From assembly GCF_006345805.1 (NCBI RefSeq), contig NC_043013.1, forward strand, positions 57,970,001 to 58,034,000: DNA of 64,000 nucleotides, given 5' to 3'. A model generated the notes under the pieces. It was given only the letters and a program-made list of their open reading frames with translations, was not told the DNA's origin and made no database searches. This document shows positions 52,408 through 64,000 of the stretch, in pieces. The DNA is from Octopus sinensis (Eukaryota). The translations under genes were made by a program, and so were the position numbers. How positions within the stretch are numbered: position 1 is the first letter of the stretch; every line of letters starts with the position of its first letter.

Positions 52408-52971
52408 TTAGTATTTAAACGTTCGGTTTGTGCAATGTATACAAGATCCTCCCAATTCCAGACGGTTATTCAACAGATTTGTATTACTCTGATGTTTTAA
52501 AATTTCATAAGTTTCCATAGAACAAAGTTGACAACCATCCCTACTATTTCTATAAGGTTGCGCCCTTCTAACTATATCCCATTTTAGGTTGAATTCTATA
52601 TTATTTGTTTTTAGTTCCCAAATTTTGCTAGATAGTGTTGTGCAACCTGCTTTATGTTTGAGCCCAAAAGAGAAAAAATGATTGTTAAGACGTCTTTTAA
52701 GATCCACCGAACATCCGAAATAAAGAAAGCTATTGCTAGAAGTTATTATCGTGCATTTATAAATGACGTTTTGGACCGAACAACGACCAGATACCGGACA
52801 TTTTGATCTAATCCTACAATTACAACTGGGGGGATTGTGTCCGGTACTGGAATTATTTAAGGACAGTTCACTTACATTACTGTTATTTACACTCTCTGTG
52901 AATGGGATTAGGACCATTTGACATTGACCTAGTTTCATCAAATAGCTGTAATTGGCATTTATTAGTGGCAA
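52408..52971 (-). CDS. duplicate Naiad-type GIY-YIG domain
   Basis: Identical to 50016-50579 except for one residue (A>G). Confidence 0.85.
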   Translation of the reverse strand: MPLINANYSYLMKLGQCQMVLIPFTESVNNSNVSELSLNNSSTGHNPPSCNCRIRSKCPVSGRCSVQNVIYKCTIITSSNSFLYFGCSVDLKRRLNNHFFSFGLKHKAGCTTLSSKIWELKTNNIEFNLKWDIVRRAQPYRNSRDGCQLCSMETYEILKHQSNTNLLNNRLELGGSCIHCTNRTFKY

Positions 52972-53191
52972 TTGCTGTCTTCAAAATGTATTCCTTTTCT
53001 ACAATTAAAAAATCTTTATTGCTTCTAACCTTACAGCAGTTAGGAACAACCATATCTTAGTCAGTCAGTGGAAGGACTTCACTAACTTATATGTTCTTAA
53101 AATTTAAATCCATATCTTTGTCTGTATATCTACCTTCTCTATAATGTTGCCACTTGATATGAACATTTTTGTATTAATGGAAAACCTCTAT

Positions 53192-53281
53192 AATTGGCTG
53201 ATGAGTACTCGGCATCTTAAATCTGTTGTAATACTTACAACATTCAATAGAATGTTGTAGTACGAAACGATCGTACAAATT
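53192..53281 (+). ncRNA. type I hammerhead ribozyme, duplicate copy
   Basis: CTGATGA 53198-204, GAAA 53264-67, ACGATCGT, A53275. Stem I lacks one C relative to the copy at 50800. Confidence 0.8.
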
Positions 53282-53584
53282 ACCGGAGTCATTCTTGTTG
53301 CTTATTTTGATTATAATCACCCCACGGATTCTTATGGATAACACCATACTAAATTCTGGTGCATCTAAATTTAGTACCATATTCATTTGAATCTAAATTT
53401 TTGTTGAATTATATATGGTGTCCTGTACTCATACATATATATATGCATGTATATATACATGTAGATGTAGGTACGTACATATATGTATGTATGTATGCAT
53501 ATATTTTATTTATTAAATTATTATATGACTGAGCGCCCTGGTGTCTTTTCGTTTCTTTTCTCCAAGTAGGTTTATATATATATT

Positions 53585-53621
<37 letters not shown>

Positions 53622-53748
53622 TATATTTAGGTACACATATATATATACAAAATATACGTATGCATATTAATATGAATTTTATAAATATACGTATATATGT
53701 ATACAAATGTGTGTATATATATATGTATAATTGTGTGCTTGTGCTCTG

Positions 53749-53796
<48 letters not shown>

Positions 53797-55100
53797 TGTG
53801 TATGTGTGTGTGTGTGTATGTGTGTGTGTGTGTGTGTATGTATAATTGTGTGTTTGTGTTTTGTATATAATATATATATATATCGATAGATTGGTATACA
53901 TGTATATATACGTATTCACACACAAATATCTATTTGAAATTAGACGACCAATGAACTTTTATGTCTTGAATACTAGTTTATTTCCAATGATTTGCTATAT
54001 ATTACAAGTCCAGTTAACAATACTGTATATATATAATATATTGATAAAGGTTATCATGATGTCTATAATTCTTTGTGTTTTTCAATCTTGATCTTGCTTC
54101 GGGTCGTTATCTATCAAATTAGTTTATATTTTCGTTTTCCTTAACAAATTGCTGTAACGCACGCACCAACCCCAAATCCTGCTACACCGACTCTTGTTTC
54201 TTCAATTATTAGTTCCTTTTCAAAAAGTCATTTGTTTTCCATATTTGTTACTTAAGCTGAGTTTGTTTGGAACGACTTGTAGAATCTTGATACAATATCA
54301 AAAATGCAAATAAAAGATGAAAATAAAATAAAAATGAAACCTAAATAAATAGATAAGTAATAATTGCATTGTTTTAGTGGCAAAATAAATTTCTCCTGCT
54401 AAGCATTTATCTGCAGGAAATGTTGTTGTTGTTGCTATTTTTCTTGTTATTGTTGTTGTTGTTCTTATCATCATCATCATCATTAATATTAAGACGGCGA
54501 ACAGGATAAATTAAGTACCAGTGAAACATTGGGGTCGATGCAATCGACTTGTCCCCTCCTGCACAATTTCAAGCCTTCTGCCTATAGCAGAAAGGGTTAT
54601 TGTTAGTAGTAGAATTGAGTGAGAGAGCATTGCATGCCGTCAAAGCGACACTGGGGTACAAATATATGAAGCCCAGTATATCCATCATGATTAGCCGTCT
54701 GATAAGAGAATACTAGGCACATGCATCACAACCATATGTGCGTGACGTGGGGTTCTCACATCAAAATAGACAGCGCATGACCTTGCAGATGGAGGCCTAG
54801 TAAGAACTATTTTTTCTGCTCGATTGGCCCAACCCGCTCAAAAGATTACTGAATAAGGTTTGTTTAAGGATGTTGAACGAAACACCCATCTTTCCAGAAG
54901 TTAATTATTCAAGCCCCAAAGAATCCCTCTCAACACATGGTGATGATGCTCCCCCACTATTTCTGCACGTGATCAGAGATGCACATATCGTCAGCCACTA
55001 AGGGACATGCTCAACTGGTTAAGGTCAAACAACTGACAAGCAAATCTGTGATGTTGAGCAGAATATTTGCTGCAGCCCATCTTTTATACCAAGACAAAAC

Positions 55101-55108
55101 TATTATTA

Positions 55109-55190
<82 letters not shown>
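55101..55190. repeat. (ATT)n tract forming the 3' tail or target of the R4/Dong element
   Basis: Visible directly; it abuts the 3' UTR of the minus-strand element. Confidence 0.9.
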
Positions 55191-55191
<1 letters not shown>

Positions 55192-57484
55192 CAGTAGTTT
55201 TATTTGTATAGCGTTCTTTCACTTCACTACCGAGCGCAGCTCTGTGAGCCTTGGGTATGTGTTGTGATTTGTTGTGATGCTCTGATGGTTACTGTATTGA
55301 AAGTGTTTTGCGTAGGATGTGTGCAGTGCCTAGTAGTGCAATTTTCTGTATGTTATATGTTAGTTAGTTAGTTAGTTAATTTGGCTCAAAAGCAAATAGC
55401 AAGGCCATGTAGGGGTACATGGAGTTAAGTACAGGGTGGTGTTCATGTAAAGAGTTCAGGCCACTTGAGGTCAAAGGAGGCTTTGAACAAAGCGGTCGTC
55501 GGCATCTTCACCATCTCGTCTGGCAGCTTGTTCCACGGATCCGCAACCCGGACGGAGAAAGCTCCTCTCCTTCGATTGAGATGAAATCGTCGCAGGTAGA
55601 GCTTTTCGGAATGACCCCGCAGCCGACGCTCTGGAGCAGGAGTGAAGAACAGCTCTTTCGAGAGTTTACACTTTCCGCTTATGATGTTGTGGGCGAGAAT
55701 GAGATCACCACGGCGGCGGCGTTTTTCAAGAGAATAAAGGTCGAGCGTCCTCAGCCTTTCTTCGTAGGACAAATTTTTGAGACCATGAACCATGCGGGTA
55801 GCCAGCTTCTGGACTCTTTCAAGATGCTGTATGTCTTTGAGGAGATAAGGAGAAGAGGCTTGAATCCCATACTCCAATATGGGTCTCACCAGCGTGACAT
55901 TGAGTGGTAGGAATATGGCTGCTGTGAGCATTCCGAATGACCGTCGAATCAAGAACAGAATTCCGCGTGCTTTGTTGGCAGCATGGACGCACTGGGCCGA
56001 AGGCGAAAAGGAGGAATCCACCAAGATACCTAGGTCCTTTACCTGATCGGTCCTCTCCAGCAGCAGACGACCCGGCTCGAAATCAAGTTGAGTTGCAGGA
56101 GTAGAGCCGACAGGCAGATGACAGCACTTTGACACGTTCAGACACAGGTCCCAATTGTTAGACCACTTCCAAATTTGGTGGAGGCATCGACGAAGATCCT
56201 CTATATTACCGCGAGGAGCGACCAGTTTGATATCGTCGGCAAATAGAAGGGTGTGTTGCGTGAGGTCGTCGGGCAAGTCATTTATGAAGACACATTTATA
56301 TGTGTTTGTAAGTCCTGGTGTTTTTGCTATGTATTTGTCTGAATATTTTTTTTCATGCCTAATGCACCTATTATGATAGGAATTGTTTCTGTTTTTAGAT
56401 TCCACATTCTAGTTACCTCTATTTCCAGGTCTTTGTATTTTGAAAGTTTCTCCATTTCTTTTAGTGACACGTTGTCATCTGCTGGGATTGATACAACAAT
56501 TAGAAAGCATTTTTTTCTTCATGATCTCTGACAACTATATCTGGTCTGTTGGCCTTAATTTCTCTATCTGTGTGTATTGGCATATCCCAGAGTATGATTG
56601 CTATTTCGTTTTCTGTGACCTTTTCTGGTGTGTGCCTATACCATCTTTTTTCTGTTGTTATTCCATAATGTTGGCATAGCTTCCTGTGTATGTAGCTCCC
56701 AACTCTGTCATGTCTGTGAATATATTCCTTCTTAGCCAGGACTAGGCAGCCAGAGATAATATGATTTATTGTTTCTTGTCCATCTCCACATATTCTGCAG
56801 TTACTTGTTATATTTCTTTTCATTATATGTTTTTGGTAATTCCTGGTGGGGAGGCTTTGGTCTTGTGCTGCAATTAAAAATCCCTCTGTCTCTGCTTTGA
56901 GTCCTGAGCTTCTCAACCACTGCTGGGATTTTTCTTTGTCTATTTCTTTTGCATTTAGTACTTGCCATGAAGGGGCTTTTCTTGCCATCGTTTTATCATG
57001 GTCCGTTGTTGTTCTATTTTTAGTTTGGATTTCATTTGTTTTATAGCTTTTGTTGTGTTTTCTTCTTCTTCTTCTTCATATTTGTTAGGTGGTAGGATTT
57101 CTTGTTTGTATTTGTCAGCTTCCTTAAATACTGAGAACAATTTTTTTGTTTTGCTCGTGTTTTGCCGCTATTTGTATCAGTTTTCCTTGCTTCTGAAGTA
57201 TGTATTTTTGCAGTCCCATGGTGGTTATTATAATAGTTTTCCAGCTTTATAAGGTCTCTACCACCTTCTATACGTTGTATATATATCCTTTCTATGTCAG
57301 ATTTTGAGTGATGCATCCCAGATCCTGTCATTATTTTTCTTATTTTCCTATCTATTTTGGTCAGTTCATTTAGTGTCCAGTTACGGATATTGTAGCTGTA
57401 ACTTATAACTGGGACGGCTAAAGTGTTTATACCTATTACCTTTTTAGTATTGAGCGCTGTTTTTAGTATTGATCTAACTCGTCT
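55191..57484 (-). mobile_element. 5'-truncated R4/Dong-type (RLE) non-LTR retrotransposon interrupted by a CR1 insertion
   Basis: RRVRSILKTALN..VIGINTLAVPVISYS; QEKPLHGKY; WLRSSGLKAETEGFLIAAQDQSL..CRICG..ETINHIISGC..RHDRV..RPDIV; EKLSKYKDLEIEVTRMW...GALG...GLTNTY. The frame resumes after the insert as NIQKIALLGTAHILRKTLSIQ* near 55360-55290. Confidence 0.9.
55361..56295 (-). mobile_element. young 5'-truncated CR1-clade LINE with an 8-bp TSD
   Basis: Open frame FINDLPD..LLFADDIKL...VKDLGILVD...LVRPILEYG...LERVQKLATRM..LSYEERL. It has a 3' hairpin CCATGTA-GGGG-TACATGG (55405-22), a (TAAC)n tail, and the TSD TTATATGT at 55353-60 and 56296-303. Confidence 0.9.
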
Positions 57485-57508
57485 ATTATTATTATTATTA
57501 TTATGATA

Positions 57509-57587
<79 letters not shown>
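57485..57587. repeat. (ATT)n tract at the 5' junction of the R4/Dong element
   Basis: Visible directly. Confidence 0.9.
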
Positions 57588-57588
<1 letters not shown>

Positions 57589-57775
57589 GGCAGCAAGCAG
57601 GGAGAATCGTTAGCACGCTGGGTGAAAAGCTTAGCAGTATTTCGTCCGTCTTCATGTTTTGAGTTCAAATTCCACCGGGGACGACTTTACTTTTCATCCT
57701 TTGGGGATCGATAAATTAATTATCAATTCAGTACTGGGATCCCTAAATTTCAGGCCTTTGCATAATTCTGCCACA
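57588..57775 (+). mobile_element. SINE family A copy
   Basis: AAGGCAGCAAGCAGGGAGAATCGTTAGCACG...GAGTTCAAATTCCACCGGGGACGACTTTAC.TTTCATCCTTTGGGGATCGATAAA. Confidence 0.75.
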
Positions 57776-57899
57776 TTCTCTCCGTATATATATTTTCTTA
57801 AGTTGTTCCTTTTTGTCGCTTGGTCTTGGGTTGTTTCAGTTGGGTTCTCTGCTTTGTTTTTTTAATTGCCGGTTTTTTAACCCAAACCCAGGAATTTAT

Positions 57900-57949
<50 letters not shown>

Positions 57950-57960
57950 TTATTATTATA

Positions 57961-59340
57961 TGTTGCACAGTATGCAATATCGTGAGGTTGTTGATTGAAC
58001 ATAGTTTGTCGACCGGGGTTTTGTATTGTTTGTCAAGTCACAACAATGACCTCAGACAGACAGACACACACAATATGCGTGTAGTTTCAAGGAATGCCGA
58101 CTTTTGCAATACATCTAGATTGTAGGGTATTTCTAAGGTTTTCAGATGTTTTTTCAGACTGGGTGGTATTGAACCTAATGCTCTAATGGCAATAGCGATA
58201 AGCTTTATATTTGACTCTCGGAATTGCCACATCTTAGTGATCTCAATTCTCAGGTCTCCATATTTATCAACCTTTACTTGTTCTTTCATGATGAAATGTT
58301 GGTCTCCTGATACTGCCAAATCAGTTATCAGACACTCTTGTCTCGCCTGAAGGTTACTTTATCCGTCCTTCGGTGCTCTGATACCTCGTCTGTCTGGAAG
58401 TGAAAATCCCAGAGGATTTTTGGCTTTCCCTTTCCGTCCATTGCCTTTTCCGGTGTATGTTGGTACCAAACACCCGTAACTTCATATCAATATTTACGGC
58501 ATAGTAGCCAGTAGAGTTTTTGGGCTACCTTGTACTCTTTCTGCGCAAGACTTTCACAAGCACTAACAATGTGCTTTCGACCCTCGTCCCACATATTCTG
58601 CAGTGGTCCGTTGCCCTTGTGTGGTATATATATATTCTTTTTCCAACCAGTTCACTTACTAAAATTGAAGCGGGTCTGATCAAGTCCCTTGTTTCTGTTA
58701 GATCGCTTGTCAGAATGTATTTCAGAATCGCATCAACTTTTTAAGTCGTGCGTTTCACATTGTTACGGTCGAAGCTTCTTAAATTTACCGCCTTGGTCAC
58801 TGTTCCTGTAATTATTATATCCTCGAGTCTTATTCTGAGTTTTTTCTCTAACTCGGTCATATCCTCTCGTAATTCTACGTTATATTGTTTGACTGGTCTC
58901 TCCTACACTACAAATTCACTATGGCTATGCATTCGCTGATCTTCAACGTTATTTTCCTCGAGATTATCACCACTACAGGTTGTCTGTATCTGGTCATCAT
59001 TAAGAAAGCCTCTATTCCGAAAGTGGGTGAGAGTTGCGAAAATGGCAAGAGTGGATGGTACCTCTAAGTCGGAGAGAAGGAATTGGAGAGGGCACTTGCT
59101 CCTGGGATTTCAGGGTAATTTCTGTCAGTGAGTTTCCTCAATTATCCATAGAAGCCTTCCGGTACGAGGAGGATCGCATCTTTATCATGTTCCCCACCCC
59201 TTTTTTTAACGTATGTATGCCATGCATATATCCCTTCATTTTCAATGTAAATCGTGTATACATTCTTTTTTATCTTTTCATTATATATAAACCCCCAATG
59301 CTTTATGACTGTCTTTGTAGTGTTCCCCTCATTCCTCGCC
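57961..59340 (-). mobile_element. internally deleted R4/Dong-type element (N-terminus fused to zinc knuckle/RLE; RT missing)
   Basis: VDAILKYILTSDLTETRDLIRPASILVSELVGKR runs in frame into IYHTRATDHCRICG, then HIVSACESLAQKEYK, ILWDF, and DKYGDLRIEITKMWQ..ALGSIP. A (TAA)/(TAG) tail lies at 57901-57960. Confidence 0.7.
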
Positions 59341-59379
59341 CTTATGGCAAATGAATGAAATCATTATCATTATTATTAG

Positions 59380-59535
59380 CAGCAGCATCTTGTCTGTCTC
59401 TACGTTTCGACTTTAAACTCTGCTGGGTCGACTTTGCTGTCATCTTTTTGGGGTCCTTAAAATAAGTACCCATTCAGTACTGGGGTCGATATAATCCACT
59501 TAACCCCTCCCACAAAATTTCAGGCCTTCTGCCAT
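59380..59535 (+). mobile_element. SINE family A fragment
   Basis: GGGTCGACTTTGCTGTCATCTTTTTGGGGTCC.TAAAATAAGTACC...GGGGTCGATATAATC. Confidence 0.6.
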
Positions 59536-59932
59536 AAAACAAATGTTTATATCATTATTGTTGTTCTTCTTGCTGTTGTTGGTGGTTTTCTTGTCTCGTC
59601 CTCATCAGCGTCATCATCACCAATTCTTGTTTTTCGCCAAAAGTAATGCGAAGAATTTTAATATAGTGTCGCAAGAGTTATATAGAAAAAGCTTCCTAGA
59701 TATTCTTTGTCTACAGTTCATTATGTATAAATTATTTAAATGTTCTATATACGAGCTTAGCTAAAATACCCCCGGTTGTCCCCCACCGAACAAGAAATTT
59801 GTTATATACATAAAATCTACTGCTAATTACTTGAGATTTATTTTTTCAATGTCACTCCTTGACACAAATTGTGTGAAAACAGTGACCAGTTTTGCCGAGT
59901 GATTTGATTTCATATTATTCATATATAATATA

Positions 59933-60620
59933 CTAGCAGTAATACCCGTCGTTCATCGGATAATTACTTTTACTCTTTCTCAGGAGTCACATTCAATGTA
60001 TTATTATATATATATAATAGATTTCTCAACGGGGATTTCAGGGAAGAGTTTCGGGAGTCGCTGGTGATGTATCGTGATGATCAAAAATCCGACCTGCTAA
60101 AATTTGGTTAAAGTGATTCAAACTGCAGACTCAACGCAAAATAGTCACATTTAATTCAAAGCGTTAAAAATGTTATGAAAACAATTGGTATGTGTTCACA
60201 AAGTCCAAACGATTAATACGAAAAAACCCTCCAGGCTACATCCCGAAAATTCATTTCGTTGCCGAATTTCTACAATGTTTACGGCGATTCGTTTTTATAT
60301 CTTGATTTTTTTATTTTTCATGCAATTTACGCATGCTTGCACGCCTGGTGAACACAGTTCACGTCAAACAGCTGACTGAGTAAAGTTCACTATTCAATGC
60401 ATGGGATAAGGCCTAAACAAACACATTATCGATTTTTGCATTTGCGAGGTGAATTTCGGAACAGAAATAGCGCAGTTCAATTTTCATTCGCCTAAACTTT
60501 AAGTGACCCATTTTTGGTGGTTCTACGATTTGTTGGCTAGGAGGAGATGTGCCGGGAAGTTAAACACACAGACACACACCAAGATACACACACACACAAG
60601 TTGAGTTTTATATATATAGA
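59933..60620 (-). mobile_element. 688-bp non-autonomous Helitron-like element
   Basis: Minus strand: A|TCTATATATATAAAA...(TG)n at the 5' end, and ATCCG...CGGGT hairpin plus CTAG|T at the 3' end. It is inserted between A and T, as is canonical. Confidence 0.7.
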
Positions 60621-61829
60621 TTATTCTATGTATTGCGCAAAGGAGAAATCATATAAAGTTATTTGACTGTTTTTCTGAGCGGCGATGTTTGCTTATTTTA
60701 AACTTTTGGAAAAATCTCAACCTAAGTCACTCTCTCCTATTAACTCCTGACATTTCACAAGTCAGCATGTTTTCTTCATATTTTAAAGCTAAAGTTTTAT
60801 CTCACATCCATAGCATGTTAAACAATGGAAGGGTATTATACAAGTGAGAAAACTTATTTGGCAATAGCGTGTTGTCAGTTTTATCATAAAACGACGCAAT
60901 TAACTTTTGATTATATTGTCTTTGTTAATTATGAATGTTTTTATTACTTCATGCCATCACCTTTTGTTGATTACAGTATAACAATAAACTACAGGGAAAT
61001 ATTAATAATAATAATATTCATGCAAAAACTTGGCCTGTAACGAATGTGCAATTATTCTTAAATCTAACCGAATATTAGAGTGGGCATTGCTAAATAAAAC
61101 AAAAATATTTTACATAAGCCAAATAAAGATGGCATTAACGACTTGCTTGACTTCAAGACATCGCCCCAACATGACCATTATCAAATTGTTTTAACTAGCA
61201 AAGAAGAAAAATGAAAATTATTTAAATCACATTCTCTCATATTAAAAATCTATGTGCAGGTCACAACTATAATGCCAGTGATCATAACCAGGCACCTAAG
61301 CTACAAACTATAACAATAACAAATAAATCCTGGGGATAATTATCATTATGATTAGATATACTATCAGACATTTTAGCTCATCTTCACATGCGATCGTGTT
61401 TTCATCGTTACAAACACAATGGAGAATCAAAGATCAATATAGTGTCCAGGTTTCAGAAATAAAAATGAAACGTCTGTTACGTAGACTTGTATCGTTCGCC
61501 ATTTCTAGTATTAGAAGACTTTATAGCATTTAATTATGAGAGTCTAATTATGAGTCTTACTTAATCAATCAAGCAAGTAAGAGACTTCTAGCGATATTGC
61601 TTATGTTATTAGCTAATTCATCGATTTTGTTTATTTTCCAATTGAAACTCTTCCCTCTTTACCACGGTGATCTAATTTACAAACGCATTTGTCTATACTG
61701 TTTGCTGATACAACATCACTAATTTGATCAGATTGTTCTATCTCAATACTATAGAGAACTCTCAACAATATCCTGTCTCAATATGATAAAAAGCTCTCTA
61801 AATTATCCTTTCGCCAGACACAAGAGTCT

Positions 61830-62187
61830 CACTACAAACCATTGTAATGATTATATTGTATCTGTTGTCTCTACAGATTGACTTCATGCTTAATAATTTC
61901 TTTATAATTGATTGTGATATGAGGATAATTTTCTTGTTGTTTAGGCTAGACTTGCATAAATCGCAAAACCTACGTTCAGAAGCAATACAGGTAGAGAATC
62001 TTTCCTTTATGCAAAACAATAATATGATTTGAAGATTAGCTGCTATTTCTACATATTTAGCAAAGATTTTGTTACGTCCCTTATCGTTAAGGACGTTGCT
62101 TTTCTCCAAATCAACTAACAGAGTCGAATAACCATCAATCCGTGGTAGACGTACATTTATTTGTATAGTTTCGCCTGCCTTTACCAA
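61830..62187 (-). pseudogene. possible highly diverged Naiad GIY-YIG C-terminus
   Basis: IFAKYVE...IKERFSTCIASERRFCDLC...KKLLSMKSICRDNRY loosely follows LSKYIW...I..RA..Y....C.LC...LLNKRSEL.S.CRH. Confidence 0.35.
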
Positions 62188-63139
62188 TGTGACTCCCTTT
62201 TATAATTATAATAATAGATTCGTGGACATCTTGACTGCTTTTTCTCGTAGATCGATCGCATTGGCAAAGGTCATTTCATTGGCTGAGTGGTATTGCGTCT
62301 CGTAAAAACATTTTAATAGGGAAGATAAATTATATATGACCTAGCCAGGAGTTTCAACATAACAAGGATGGTACACTTGGATATTTTAAGTTATAATTAA
62401 GATAAAAGTTAATAACCAAATGATTAATGAGAAAATGTATTGTTGTCACGAAGGCCTTGTGTAAAGCGATTACGAACATAGCAAACGCAAACAAGCAGTG
62501 CCTGTCACACTAACAGTATTATAGACAGGAAGGTGATATAGTAAGTTTGTGGGACAGATTTTGGTAAGAGTCTTCTGAAAGCGTTCTTTTCTTTTCCTCA
62601 TTGTTGTTGAATGTTATCCGCAGAAAAGGCGCCTTCCCTGCATGATGTCTTCAGTTCTTACGATGTTCAGGGATTTTTTCTAGTCGTACGACTAAATGTT
62701 TGATAAACACATGATGGACACGTTGGAGTCGCGTAAGTGCCCCTTGGGTTCACAGTAACTATATTTCAAACCATTCATTGAATATTGACTAATAATACTA
62801 TTCATAATTTTAACATTATCTCATTCCTTGAGTTGTAATATTGTGCAGCCAAACAAAAGAACTCACACACACACACACACTCTCTCTCTCTCATTTTCTC
62901 TTTCTCATCAATAAATACCCACCAATCATACTTGATATATTTGTCATTTTTCCTACAAAATAAAGAGATTATCTAAAGAATCTTTCGGTGGGTATCTACT
63001 GGAATTTTTAGCTGGTATTTGATATTTTCGAAAAGTTCCTTAGGCGATAGCAGCATGCAGACTTCACCATGTGTTTCAACAACTCTCTTTAAGTATTTCT
63101 GCCTTTCTGTCTCTTCTCTTTTTTTCTCTCTCTCTCTCT

Positions 63140-63172
<33 letters not shown>

Positions 63173-64000
63173 GTACACTCTGACACATGCACTCACATAC
63201 TCAGATGCACACAAATATATCTTCATAATATATGCTCATGCCCCACCTTCCCAGAGCTTTGCAAATACACACACACAGACACATACACGTGGGATAATTC
63301 CTAAATATATTCACACACAGCGACACCATATTTGCATAAAAGAACTCAGAAATAAACGTCTACACTCTCTAAGCTGATATAAAAAAACAAAAATGATAGA
63401 AATTGAATTTCATTAAAAGTTGAAAATAAATGAATTTTTAATATGCGTGGTTAATGACTTTTCATATAATTAATAAATGCTAAAAACTGAAATAAAACAA
63501 TAGTATAAGCTGATCTTTTCAATAGGTGTGTGGTAGGAAGCAATGGACAAGCTAAAAGAATGGAAAGAAAATTTACATCTCTTGCCCCCCCCCCCTCCTC
63601 TTTGCACCTATGTTTACGTCATGAACGATATTATTCTATTCTAAAATGAAATGTGATACAGAAATGTTCGTAAATGCATTCTGGTATGTTGCTTGATAGT
63701 TTGCATTTCACAATCCGTGTTTATTAACCAAATTCATTTCTGTCGTCTTTCGTTTGCCTGAAGCAAAACTGAGTCTGAAATCAGGCTAAAAGATATATGA
63801 GGCCCGAGATATTCTACTGGAGCCTCGGTGACGTTTTGAGGTTGGTTAAATGTGATACCATATATGGAAAAGATAGATTGCCTCCTTTATATATACATAT
63901 GCACATACATGCAGACATACATATATATATTCAGACAGTCAGACACCTGTCAAGTGCAAGCATAGCAGGCCGGGTATTATTGTTTGAGGTAAACAAGAAA

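Larger units (their letters stand above)
48990..53765. repeat. tandem duplication with a ~2.39-kb unit (48990-51383 and 51384-53765) bounded by (TA)n
   Basis: Twin GIY-YIG ORFs are 2392 bp apart, and the copies differ at only a handful of positions. Confidence 0.95.

Noticed and set aside
53174-53386. ORF loosely resembling the Naiad RT thumb
   Set aside because: It is antisense to the HHR-bearing terminal repeat, so the resemblance is probably chance.
55419-55910. 163-aa plus-strand ORF
   Set aside because: It is the antisense shadow of the GC-richer CR1 RT frame.

Overview
AT-rich eukaryotic non-genic DNA packed with (TA)n, (CA)n and (TAA)n microsatellites. The SINE and LINE families look like those of Octopus; that assignment is my recognition, not a database result. 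I could not support any host protein-coding exon, and most of the ORF track is microsatellite noise. The window is a transposon graveyard: two tRNA-derived SINE families, RTE, CR1-type, R4/Dong-type and HERO-like LINE remnants, a Tc1 transposase remnant, Helitron-like non-autonomous elements, and at least five Penelope-like element (PLE) remnants (Naiad-type and Neptune-type). The main hidden signal is a dense set of type I hammerhead ribozyme (HHR) motifs found by reading both strands. Nine have an intact catalytic core (CUGANGA...GAAA...UH) and fall into six unrelated families; about seven more are decayed. Nearly all have a family-specific palindromic stem III, the dimer-cleaving form known from PLE termini and retrozymes. 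They occur at PLE 3' ends, in a ~480-bp ORF-less tandem/inverted repeat that would release a 478-nt monomer, in a 502-bp element with terminal repeats, in the inverted terminal repeat of a duplicated Naiad fragment, and as head-to-head pairs in small fold-backs. Two near-identical tandem duplications (1.67 kb and 2.39 kb) bounded by microsatellites may be real or assembly artefacts. None of the ribozyme calls has been tested computationally or biochemically.
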